A stretch of DNA of 64,000 bases from Tubulanus polymorphus (Eukaryota > Animalia > Nemertea). The notes beneath the pieces are model-generated. The model was not told the DNA's origin. It did no database searches and saw only the letters and a program-made list of their open reading frames with translations. Of this stretch, positions 38,502 through 50,998 are shown piece by piece. Within the stretch, counting starts at the first letter, position 1. The number at the start of each line of letters is the position of its first letter. Made by a program: the position numbers and the translations under genes. The stretch spans positions 21,696,345 through 21,760,344 of the forward strand of contig NC_134028.1 of the NCBI RefSeq assembly GCF_964204645.1, written 5' to 3'.

Positions 38502-41500
38502 ATGATTCCAAGCCTGTCTCACGTTTGGGCAACAATTTTCGCAGTTATTCTTTGCTGCGGAAATACCTCGGCCTGGGTTGTTAGTTCGTACGACACATCG
38601 TTCGAATTCGCATGTAAAGATGGCGAACACATATACTCAATCGAGAGCAGACACGATAATCACCATGAAGATAGATTGTGGAGTTTTCTGTGCCGCTCGG
38701 GTTACGTTTCTACAGATTGTACCTTCACCGCACACCACGTCAACAGTTATTACCATGGTCTAAACTTCAAATGCCCCGATGATACAATAATCACAGGCGT
38801 CTCAAGCGACCACAAGCATAGAGATAGAATTTGGAAATATAGATGCTGCAAGGTTAGTTAACGGATAGCCACATTTAGATGTGTATATATGTATGTACCT
38901 TATCTCCATAAATGCCACACCGATTGTTTAAAGTCTATGAAGACAATTTTATATCAGTCTATGAAGTGTTGATTATCTACGACAATTTAACAATTAATAT
39001 TTGTTGCGATGACGTAAAGGATAGATTATTTCCATCCATCACCAGAGATAAATATAGAATAAACCTTGACATTTCAGTTTTTTTCATCTTCATATTTCGC
39101 GTCTTTTGCGTACAAATGGTTTATTTGAAATTTCAGTTAAATACACTTCCTGGCAAGAATTGCTATTCGACATGGGAAATCAACAACGGCGATGAACATT
39201 TCTTGTACGAAATCCCATATGACGAGGCTATCGTTGGATTCAAGAGCGATTACCATGACCCTACAAGGTATTAATGAGTTCAGGAGTAAGATAGTATTAA
39301 CAACAGGTCAAAATCGAGTCATGATATTTCGCAGTCTGAATTTATACATAATGATAAAGATTAACCATGGAAAAAAAACTTAGGAGGTCTACGGGGTATT
39401 TTTGAAGATCATAGAAATGTGCAATAATCTTGTCATTTAAAGCTTGCCTTGCAAATTTTCTAAAGCAAATTTTCAAAATAATTTCATGCTATCTAAAATC
39501 ATGAGGCACATATTGTCATGTGTTTCAGATTTTCTTGTAGGACTTAAACTCTTAGAAAATACACTTCAAAATCGGAAAACCATCAGATTCACTGCCTCGA
39601 CCTGTAGAGAATAGATAATGGAATGATTATACACATAACTACGTCAGATTGCTGAATATTTTGTAGTTAGTTGTTAGTAGTAATATTGTGGACCTGGTTT
39701 CATATACTAAACGATCGGTTTGTTTGTCGTTCAGATTTTGGTTTCACAAGACTAAACCATATTGTATACGGCGGGTCCACGGCCTTTGAAGTGTTCTTTG
39801 AAGAAACAGCCAGCAGGGCTCGAACTCGCTTGCCGCTCCTGATAGTGAATGCTAGAGACAGCATGGTCTCTGTTTTCAATTGGATGTTTTCAAATTAACA
39901 CTATTAATTAGTACCATCATTGATATTAGCATTCCGATGATCATTTCGATTTTTTCACATCGACTTTGATACAAAACTAATTTAATCATATATAAACCTA
40001 GAAAATGCTTTAACAGTGTCTCCATATTTCCTCAATATCAAAGAAAATACAATTTAGTAGCGCATTCTGTCGAATCTTACAGGGATCGCCGTTGGATCGT
40101 CTATGTATGCAGATTTACCACGTGCCAAGCAACAGAGATGAAGGTCCTTGATTTCGTAGTTCCAAAATTCGTCGGTATTCGAAGAATAGGTCAGACCACG
40201 GGCACAAATTGCGCAAGTAACAGTCTCGATATGGTTACACTGGAAGCAAGTCAATCAAGCGCAGAGACCACGACCATCAGTGATTCTGAATCAAACACCT
40301 GGAGCTACGGCAGATCTTTGACCGTTACAGCTAGTGTAAAAGCTGGTTTCTTGGGAAATGCTGGCGCAGCAGCTTTTTCTGCATCGATATCATCGAAAAA
40401 TGCAAATATAAAAGGCACGGTTAACATAACATCACACGTCGAAACAAATACAAACAAGGCAACTGATAGATTAGAATACCGCGGGCCAGCATCGGGCTTA
40501 CTTGTAGCTACTGCTAAGCTGTATAAATTCGACAGAAGTTCCGTAAACGTAGAGCTCAGTATAACTTGTGAGGATGGTACAGAATTTAAAGAGAGGAAAA
40601 AGGTTGCATTAAGCCAAAGTGTTTACTCTGGCGTACACTTTACCAAAGAGACTGGATTTTACAATCCAAGACGATGTCAACTACATAATCCTTGTCTTTA
40701 CGCATTACAAAATGGTTTAAGTGATTCAGAACCTTTCGAGATCATTCGAAGATTCCAAGATTGTTTCACAAATAGTGTTGGACGAACCACATTGAAGGAT
40801 GATTTTACCCACGGTAAATTGCCTTCCTTATTTTACCCAGCGGCCAGTTGCTCAAAAGTTTGTTGAAGTTAATCATCGGTTATGTTCATGGTTATGGTTG
40901 AAATATAGTTCTTTGCAGTTTCATTTAACGCTAAGTCAACTATCCACAGTTTTATTGGTTTCGGAAAATTGAACTACCAATTACTATTTACAGAACCTGG
41001 TTATGTCGGTTGTTACGTGGACAAATCAAGTGCCAGAGATTTGTCCGGGGAGGTTTTGATAAGCAACGATTTAACCATTGAGATGTGTAAAACATTCTGT
41101 GGTTCGAAAGGCAGGCGTTTCGTTTGTAGTTTGTTCTCTTGACTATTAGTTATTTCAGCTGAACAGTTGCGTATTTCATTCAATTGTGAGTTCAATAGAA
41201 TTTGAGATGAGAAACCCTGATGTAATTAATCGTTACATTTTCATCATGGCTCCATTGATTAGGTGGTCAATTCTTTTTTGGTCATCTATCGAAAAAAATA
41301 TTTGACATCATTAACATCAATTTGATGGGCGATATATTATTGGATACATGGCGTGGTAAAATGATTGGCAGAAAGGTAGATGATTCAGGTCATGCATGAT
41401 GAAATAAACATGACACTCAATCTCCACTGTATTTTTCACTTAGCACGTAAATATGTTGTAACGCTTCATTGTAATGAATCTTTAGTTTAAAAAACTGTAT

Positions 41501-43084
41501 TTAAAATCTTGGTGGTAGATTGGGTCTAGTATCTGCCAACATAGACTTAGATTACGAAAGTTGACTTGAAAGGATTCGATTTACACCGCATAGCAATATT
41601 GACTCGAGGTCTATTACTACGATATTTTGTATCGTTCATAGTTAGGGTTGTCCTACAATATTTCAAATGATTTTCTACAGGCAGAAGATATGCTGGGTTG
41701 CAATTTTCTAACGAATGTTACTGCGGTGACAGTTATGGCAGATACGCGAAAAAATCCGAATCCGAATGTAATGCGGCATGTCGATTGGAACCGAGGAGAA
41801 AATGCGAAGCAGGTGATAGAAACTCAATTCATGAACTACTGCCCGATTATCTAGGTTGCTTCATCGACGATATTGACAAGAGAGATTTGTCAATAAACTA
41901 TGCAACAACAAGTGTGAATTTGAAAAAGTGTTTAGAGTTTTGCCAGTCATCGGGTAAGTAGACCGCAACATCCAGGGGTCAATTGTTCAAAGCTTGTTAA
42001 TTTTGGAGTTACTTTGATTGACCAATGGCTGATGGAGAAGACGGAAAAGATGAATTTCTACCTAACATTTGCAAAACCTGACCGATACCAAATTGTAAAA
42101 ATATGTAGTTCATTCACAGGTTACAGTTATGCCGGTTTGCAATACAACAATAAATGTCAAAAAGTTGATTGTCGCTGTGGAAATAGCTATGGTAAATATG
42201 GTGGAACAACTGAAACAAATTGTTATGTACCAAACGCAGAAAACAATAAAGAAATATACGGACGAGTAGGTTTTAATTCTATCTACAAAGTCGACCCAAA
42301 CTATGTCGGTTGTTATGAATCGAATGGAGGACAGAGAGATGAATGTATTTACATTGGTTGTTACGAAGATGTTAACAGCGATAGGGATCTGCTAGCTCAA
42401 TGGAAAACAAGTACCCCAATGGATACAAGAAAATGTTTAACAGAATGTCAATCAAGAGGTAAATACATACGTAGGACTGCACATACACGGTGTCATTACA
42501 GAAAAAAGTTTAAAAGTAGCAATATTCGTTTTCAAAAATTACATTTTAAGTAACGCATGGCTATGTATTGTGGAACGTTGAAGCGTCATAAGCCATAATG
42601 GCTTACGATCATTTTATAAATGGTCATCATTACAAATTTGATATGTATGGAAATGATAGGAATGAACAACACATTTTCAACTTCATTCAGTTATCATCAA
42701 AATTCAAAATATTCAAAATCCCTTTTCTCTATCACAAGGAACTAGTAAACAGATATCACAATCATTCAATAATCAACCAGGGTTCGAGATGGGCCAAGTT
42801 GGCTGTGCCCAAATACAGGGTTCTGTGATCATGTGGAAAATTGAAATTAACACTAATCATAATTTCGATTAAATGTAGGTTACATATACGCTGGTTTACA
42901 GTATAGTAAGCAGTGTTTCTGTGGAAGTAGTTACGGTAAACATGGCGGAAGGAAAACGGATAATGAATGTGACATGAACTGCGCTGGAAACAGTGATCAA
43001 AAGTGTGGCGGCATCGGAAGAAACTCTATCTTTTTTTGCCCTAGAGATAAAATGTCAGTTGACAAATGTATCAATTGGTGCTGA
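38502..43084 (+). CDS. Gene B2: dermatopontin + aerolysin-like + WSC protein, truncated by a premature stop (~715 aa, 3 complete WSC)
   Basis: Exons 38502-38852, 39137-39267, 40083-40813, 40994-41110 (GC donor), 41681-41953, 42120-42458 and 42879-43100. CGA>TGA at 43082-43084. The last exon, 43363-43547, is still intact downstream. Confidence 0.75.
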
Positions 43085-44539
43085 GGTTTTAGCACCAACG
43101 GTAAGCTCCCCTCTGAGTAAAGAAGGATTTAACAGCCCTCTAACCTAATCAACCTACATGAAATAACTAATTTATTTTGAAGTTTTGAATTTGGAAGAGA
43201 TAAAGAAATTCGATAGTTGATATGATGATATCTATTACTCCTTGATTCACTACGTAATACATAACATTTATTATACAAAAAGTTTTGACTGGTTCTCGGG
43301 GTACCAAAGAGGAGTCATCTATGGGAAATGGTCTCAATGTTGAAATGTTTTTGTCTTTCTAGATTTTCGATATGTTTACGCTAAACTTTCTGAAGGCAAT
43401 CGATGTACATGCGCCACACAATCAGACTCTCGTAGAGGGTCACTACTAGCTACTGGCAAATGCACTAAACCATGCGACGGTGATAAAAACCAAATCTGTG
43501 GCGGTGAAGGCAAACATTCTATTTACAAGATACAAGAAACTCTCTAAACTATATAATATCTGGTGAAAATTTATATGCTGTACTTAAATGGTTCGGCCAT
43601 TCTTGATTTGCCTCTAAAACGCAAATAAAAATAATTCATCTAATTGAAAGAATAAAGTAGATGACAGAGATCAGTTTTTTGAGTTACAAAATATATTTTC
43701 GTGGTAAGTGGCACCATTTATTATTTTCCTTTTAGTCCACTTGGGAGTTAGGCCCGAGCGGGCTGTTGCGTCCGTGGTCCGTCCATTTTTCTATTGATAT
43801 TGGTACCTATGCACATTTTGTACCCACAATCACATTGCTTAAAAGTAGCTCATGACACGTTCTATCTTTATGGTGAGTTTCAAGTTCATTGGTCCTTGCA
43901 TAGGTTCATCAGGGGGCGTTGAATAGCAGAATAACATTGCGATGAAGCTTATCGAAGCTTTTGACGCTTATCGATTTTATTATCAATACACCAGGGTGTT
44001 AATCATTGTATTATGAGATTTTCAAGCATTTCACCAAATGGGCAATGGCGTCCCTGGATCCCTAGTTTTCTTTTGCGCACAAAATGGAGCATTGGATTTT
44101 AAGAGCCTTAAACTGAAAAAGGATATGTCAAAGAGGCTCATTGGCCGTCGAGATACTGTCGGTGAATAACGCGTTGGAAGCATATAGGAAATAACAGTTA
44201 CAGTCTTATCTACGTAATAGGTAGAAACCCATCGACGAACGCTTAAGTCCCAGTTGAGAATTTCCTCTATGGATTGGTCCATTGATGAGACAGATATCCG
44301 CGTTGCAAAATAATCGTATATACGAATTCTGCTTATACGAATTCTTCAATTCTGCTATTTAAGCCACCAATGTGTCAGAATTCAAAAAATTTCCTATAGA
44401 ATTTGAAAATTACGAAGTTCTTAAATTACGCACAGTTAAGACAGTTAAGAGAGTCGGTGCTTTTTGAAATCGAAGAGCATGCTGAAAATACACGTTGGAT
44501 CATTCCGGTCTGAGACATTTGCGTTTTCACCAAGCGACA

Positions 44540-45095
44540 TCTGTTGACGATCTCGACGCGGCGTACAGAATGGGCATCAGTTCATCAGCAGCAGGGAAAT
44601 GTGAAAAAAATCTTGAGTTCAGAGCCGTGGTTGCTGTCGGACTACGTACGTGGATACTGCGTCACACACAAAAATAAAAATTGAAGTAAAGCCAACAAAC
44701 TTGTCTGATTGTGACGTAAGTATCTACTTAGGGAAACTTAAATGTGGCGCAAAACTAGGTAATAATGACGTGTAAGGGTACACACGGGCTCAATACGGGT
44801 CGGTAGAATGTTGTGGCGTAAAACAACGTCACAATATATATAAACGTTTGGTCATGTTGAGTGCAGAACCTGAATGCGTCACTTGGAAGCCAAAAAATAG
44901 ATAAATGAAGGGAGGATTTAGAGAGAGGTGTTTCAGAGAGTTGAAAGAAAGAACGAACTTGTGCAAAGACAAGAAAGGGTTCTAGTTATTGTATCTGAGA
45001 GGATTTCATACCGAGGGAACAAAACCACGAGTTAATACCCAACATCAGGAAATGCAACAACACAAAACACCAAACAAACACGACCAACATTAGAA
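44540..45095 (+). mobile_element. Probable solo LTR related to 21461-22060
   Basis: GAGTTCAGAGCCGTGGTTGCTGTCGG...ACGTGGATACTGCGTCACACA resembles the 21461 element; multiple TGACGT motifs, TATATAAA and a purine-rich tract. Ends are not resolved. Confidence 0.45.
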
Positions 45096-45324
45096 AAATT
45101 AGACGAACGAAGAAAATAAACGAAGCAGTCTCCATCTCCGTTAAATTTGAGATGTAGTTTGGTTAATTGGACGCACGAGTTTATCCCCTAATTCTTTCAG
45201 AGCAGCACGATTGAATAGATGAGCCTTGCACAAAGATGGATTCAAGTAACGGTTTCAATAGATGTAATTTATTTGCTCACTTCTTGTATCTGATGATATT
45301 TCTCACTTGATGCTTTTAAATCGC

Positions 45325-45545
45325 CCTGTCATCTAGTCCCTCTGTCCGCCAGTTGACTAGTCATCGAGTCGTCCAGTGGGCCAGTCACCTATTCGACGAG
45401 TGATCCAGTCACCCAATCATCCAGTCGCCCTGCCATCCAGTCGACTAGTCCTACAATCGACTAGTCACCTATTCGTTCAGTCATACAGTCAACGAGTCAT
45501 CCCGTCGTCCAATCGACTATTCTTCCGGTAATACAGTCCAGTCCA
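45325..45545. repeat. Degenerate 8-mer tandem repeat (CCAGTCAT / CCAGTCGA / CTAGTCAC)
   Basis: Visible periodic xxAGTCxx units; same family as 62455-62692. Confidence 0.85.
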
Positions 45546-46394
45546 ATTACTACAAATGTTACATACCCGGAAGAGCATATAGGATTAATGATGTCGTGTC
45601 TATTTTCTACGGACACAGCGTTGCAATTTAGAAGTAGCCCAGGGTTGGATGCTTTCCTATCAACCCGCGGGATGAAATTGTTTCAAATGTCAATGTTCTT
45701 GATCTCAGTGTCAAGAAAAGGTAGCCAATTTGAAATGAATTTCCATTGAATTCAATTCATAAAAAAGACACTTTAAACAGTAATTCCGAAGATACAGAAA
45801 AGGTTACCTATATATCTTGGGTAACATAAAATGTGTTTGGTTTGGATAACAAACTATTCTCAAAAAGCACCAGATAAAGATTGGCTAGAGTTGGACCCAA
45901 CGGGCTACCCAATGTTACACCATCTAAACGAATCTTTAATCGCTTGAATAGTCAATTAGTATACATGCGTCCATAAACATTCCTAAGGTTGCGTTCTTGA
46001 GTAATTCTAAAAAGGGGTTTCGAATCCTAGAGATCCGACGTCTAAACCTATGAGAATATCCGAAGGTTGAAATACAAATCGTTTGACAAAATCGCAGGTA
46101 CTAGTTTACATGTTCATAGATGGTAAATGAGGCTTGATGAGTTTGTCTTATTGGCTAAAAGCAAAGATTCTGACTTACCTCAAAAAGCCCTGGGAGTAAT
46201 TGCTTCCTGAAATGTTGTTCTCGAAACAAAAGAAAAGACGATTAGGTATGCGATCGTACGCACTCCTCGCATTATCATGGGGCTTTTATGACATATATTA
46301 TTGGGCTTTCATGAATTATATTATTGGGCATTTAGGAAATAAAGAGTAGGCTTCAGTTATCAGCCATTAAACTGTAGCGACAAGCGATGGTTCT

Positions 46395-46590
46395 TAATAC
46401 CGACTAAAACCGTCCAATACTGACCAAAACCGTCTGATGCCAACCAAAGGCCGTCCAACACCGACAAAAAGTAAAATTAGTACCGACAAAAATTGTACCA
46501 ACCACCAAAAGTAAAATATGATACCGACCAAAATTTACTTAGTACGGTACCGACCAGAAAGTAAAATATGATACCAACCAAAACTAAGAT
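46395..46590. repeat. ACCGACCAAAA-type short repeats, probably subterminal repeats of the adjacent DNA transposon
   Basis: About 9 degenerate copies of TACCGACCAAAA just upstream of the transposase remnant. Confidence 0.7.
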
Positions 46591-46719
46591 CATACCTAAA
46601 AAGTTGGAAAAAGAAAAGGGGATCTATCGCCGATAGATCGTGGGATCTATCACTGAATCCAAGTCTATAAATTGAGGAAAAGAATGAATTGATAGACTGA
46701 ATACAAGTCGAAAAGTAAG

Positions 46720-48640
46720 AGAAATCAATATGTGTGTGGAATTTTCAGCAATATCAGAAGAAGTTATAGAAGATACGTCGATCAATAACCAACGTCTTCA
46801 AAACGGTCGTTTCCTTGATAGCATTGATAAATTGGTATTTGCACCAAACTTAAATCCCACGTGGCGTTAAAGAAAATTTGTTTTACGTGCTCGACAATAG
46901 CCAGATAGTCGACAGGAGAAAGAAACAATGTAAAATTGATTTTACAGATGATTGCGGCGCTTGGGTGTCGAGCTCGTCGTCTACAACGAAAGTGCTCCTT
47001 TATCCCAAAGGTGATCGCTACAAAGTGACAGAACTAAAATATGTTCTATAATGTTCTAAAAAGAAGGGTGAATGGTTACCATTAGAGCCGCGATAATATC
47101 GTTGATCTTCGTCATTTCCACACAACATTAAAACGACTATAAGAAGCGCATTTCTTGGAACGAAAACGGACCAGCTAAATTCAATCAGACAATTTCTGTT
47201 GTTGAATACATCGGTGGATTCGCTGCCACTTCAAGCGCTCATGGCCACGCAAAGCGTTCAACAAATGAATACAACGGCACGGCACCAGATAGAATCGAAA
47301 AGATATGTAGAGAGGTTGAGAATAATAACCCAATCACAGTATATCGGCAAATTGCTCAGGTGGATGACTCAATCGATGCCCCACGTAATTTGAAACAAGC
47401 TCAAAATGCGAATTTACGAAAGTCGACCGCGACAAACGAGATGCCCAGACCGCAACGAAATCTAACAGAAGAAAATACAGCGGACGATTTGCAAACAGTC
47501 ATGAATATGAATATAAATATGGGAGAAAACAAATTCAGAGAGGCGATCTTACAACTTGAACGCAAACCACCAAATGTCATTCTGTACACCAACGAAAATT
47601 GCACGATGCTCGCAAGTTTTGTATTGAGGCCGACCATTCTGAAATTTCAGGTGTTGACCGAACCTTCAATCTCGGCCCGTGTTATCTAACACTTATAGTG
47701 CATAAAAACATAAAAATACAGAACTTGTTACGCTGTAAAACTAATGAACCTCCAATTATGCTGGGCCCTATGTACCTACACTGGGATAGATTATGTATTA
47801 CATACCAACGTTTCTATCCCAATCTTAGAACGACACTTGAAGGCAATATCACTACTCAGGTTGGATCTGAGCTTTTAGTCGGTTCCGACAAAGAAACATC
47901 AAACAAACTGAAAGCCATTAAACAAAGTTTTCCGAACGCCCAACAAATATTATGTTTTCGACATCTGGAGGAAAACGTCCGGAGACACCTTCAACACAAT
48001 GTCGGGGCCACTGGAGAAATAAAACACAATGTGGTTAGATGTATATTTTGAAAGAAAAAACGGTATTGTAGATAGCGAAAGTGAATTCGATTTCGAAAAT
48101 ATGGTAATGAATCTAAGAGAAAATGATCACGCGTGAAGTTCCAAATTTTCTTTCTTATTTTGGGAGACTCGTTCCAAGACTTAAAAAGTGTGAATTTGCA
48201 CCAAAATTAGCGAACCACTGGGTTCCTAAGAATTTGAAAAACAACAATTGCGAGTCATTGAATCACATTATTAAGATGGCGATCAACTGCTGGAAAATGG
48301 AATGTGCCCGACTTAATTACAAAATCGCATGACATCGTCCGACTTCAGTATATTGACATGAAACGAGCTTTACACGGCCAAGGAAATTACCAACCCACCC
48401 CGAAATTGAGAAATTTTACAGTCAGCTATGCAGTATAGGCAACAAAAACCAAAGATGAAAAAACAAAACATTTTGAAAAGTTCATGAAATATAAAACGCC
48501 ACGCAAAGTTAACAACGTAATCACCTCAACAGATGGTACTATATGCATCCCAAAAAACGGCTACAATTAACTACGAAGAAGCCCGGGCAGAGAAAGTGAA
48601 CTAAAAGTGAACGAACGACACCAGATCGAAGAAAATTAGA
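46720..48640 (+). mobile_element. Decayed MULE/Mutator-like DDE transposase
   Basis: Frameshifted pieces GVDRTFNLGPCYLT, PIMLGPMYLHWD, VGSDKE...AIKQSFPNAQQILCFRHLEENV (CxxH) and NNNCESLNHIIK are characteristic of MULE-type transposases. Confidence 0.8.
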
Positions 48641-48814
48641 TATCTTTAGTTTAGTCTTAGTTTGTTAATATAGGATGTTAATAACGTTTTTTAATCAACA
48701 TTCATTTCGATTGATTTTTCAGTTATTCGGAAAGGATTTGTAACAATTGATAGCAAAATTTTAAACTTGGATTAAGCTTGGCATTTGAAATGGTTTTATC
48801 CATTTAGTGACAAA

Positions 48815-49497
48815 TGTGACAAGCCCGGTACACTCGATGCATTAAATCATATCGCCCTAGCTCTTTAATCATATATTTCACCATGTGTGCAGGTAGGTAC
48901 TCAATAACTCTCAGTTTGATATGTATTTGACTGTAACTCTATTAAACTCAATTACCATTTTGTCATTTACAGCATCTTACAACAAGTAATGTACGGAAGC
49001 TGGAGTTCATGGCCAGTGTTGCTATTGACAGACAACCTGCGTTGATGCGCACGTCATACATAAATAATAGAATAAAAGTAATGTAAATAAACAAGTTTGG
49101 ATGTGACGTATGTGTCCACGTAGGAAAACCTAAATATGGCACGGCAATGAGCTCCGACGAATGCAAAAGATATTTTTAGGTAATTGTGACGTGTCTAATT
49201 ACGTTAACACTCCATACATGGGTCGGAGGGAATGTTGTGACGTATGAATACGTCACAATCCGTGAATACCAAGCCATGTGTGGTAAGTGCCTGCACACGT
49301 AACAATAAATGATATAAGAAGGGAAGAGCTAGTCTTGGGGAGAGCTCGAGAGGAAGATAGAATGTACACATCTTGTTAAGAGGAATAAATACCAATAGAT
49401 AACTTAAGGAATCGTTCAAGTTATATACGAGAGCATTATAAGCAGGTCGAGGACCCAGGCTCGGAGATCCGGCCACAAAACACAGTGAACCATCACA
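48815..49497 (+). mobile_element. Probable solo LTR
   Basis: TGTGA...TCACA termini with near-matching flanks (ACAAA / ACAAC); similarity to 21461-22060 (GGAGTTCA..GC.AGT..TGC); TATAAG and AATAAA. Confidence 0.55.
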
Positions 49498-49634
49498 ACA
49501 ACACTGTTAGTTATTACGCTACTAAAACAGCATCACTGAGTAAATGTCGGTAATAATCCGTGATCTGTGGAAATTTTCTCCAATTCACCATCTTGGAGAA
49601 TCCCTCACCAAAGGGGTTGTAAAATTATGTGCGT

Positions 49635-49845
49635 AGGGTGTCTACTGTCAACTGTTCTATAAAGTCATCACCTAACTGCTATGAAGGGTGTCTACAGTCA
49701 ACCGTCATGTACAGTCATCACCTAATTGGTGTATATGATGTATACTGTCGACCGTCCTGTACATTCATCACCGGTGTGTAGGGTGTCTACTGTCGACCGA
49801 TATGTACGTTAGTAAGGCAAAACTGGTACGTAGGGTGTCGCTTGT
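49635..49845. repeat. ~45-bp tandem repeat
   Basis: GTGTCTACTGTCAACCGTCCTGTACAGTCATCACCTAACTG units, 4-5 copies; homologous to 62720-62930. Confidence 0.85.
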
Positions 49846-50998
49846 CGTGAGGTGTAGAATACGTTACCTATCGAGGATCAATTTCACGGGACTTGTCTTT
49901 TTACTGCGCTTTCATATTTTGGCTTGTGCATTGATACAACTCTATATTCCCGATTTATCCAAAAAGTAACTCTAAACATTGCACTATAATGCCGTATCGG
50001 ACCAAAATGTGGAATATAATGGTCTGCGGGGCAATCAACTTCAGAGCCTTTTGAATCACAGTCTTTTGTCTTAGATTCAACTTTTCACTGTACAATTGGA
50101 CCACTTAACTTATACAATAGTGATATTCATTCGCATGTAGAAGGATATATACTTTCGATTAATTCTTAAATTTTGAAGTGGCTAATTTTAGAAATATTCT
50201 AAAATTCAAAACTTTACCCCACTGTTCATTATTCTAGGGGTGGATTTAGAGGTGGTGTTGGGGTCCAGACTCCTGTCTTCCCATTGAGGTTGTCCTTTCC
50301 GCCAAGACAGAGATCGTTAAAACCTGTTAATCATACACTCATCCTCCAAGAAATTGCAACCTTTCGGATGCATTTCTTAAAAAATGTCTAAAACTGAGGG
50401 CGGAATTCCAATAAAGGGCTTTGACATGGCTGCTTTATCCGAGAAATTCCTAATCTTTTCTTCTGGACCGCGGCCTTCTAATTTACCTTGAACCGCCTGA
50501 ATATCATTTCCATTTTTAAACACTCAAAGTACCGAATCATCCCAGCGAAATACAAGTCATGTGGTATTTCATCTATAGTGTAACTTTGTATGTTTATTCA
50601 TCAACAGTGATTGAAATTTTCAATATATATCTTGTTTTATTTATTTTCTTATTGTGAATAGATTGATCTGAAATACATATGATTTGCATCACAGTCAATT
50701 TCAATTAAGTTTAATTTCGCGGATAAAAATATTCACGAATTCCTCAGACTCGTTGCCGCAAAATCAAAGATTACCTGTAAACCGAAAAGGAAGTCCTATC
50801 ACATTAGCAGGCTATCACATTAGCAGGAAATGAGTACAACTTAAGCATGCATGTTAATAAGTTTTCAATGAAAGTCCTTGAGCCAATAACCCGAACATCT
50901 TGTTTTTGTTATATTTCAAGAATCAACAAAGATAGTTTCAAGAGAAATGAATATTATCGTAAATGGAATTAACAACATCGGTAGCTGTGTTTAGAAGA

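Noticed and set aside
43082-43084. Selenocysteine codon in B2
   Set aside because: The TGA aligns with Arg (CGA) in B1 and B3, a typical CpG transition, and no SECIS was recognised.
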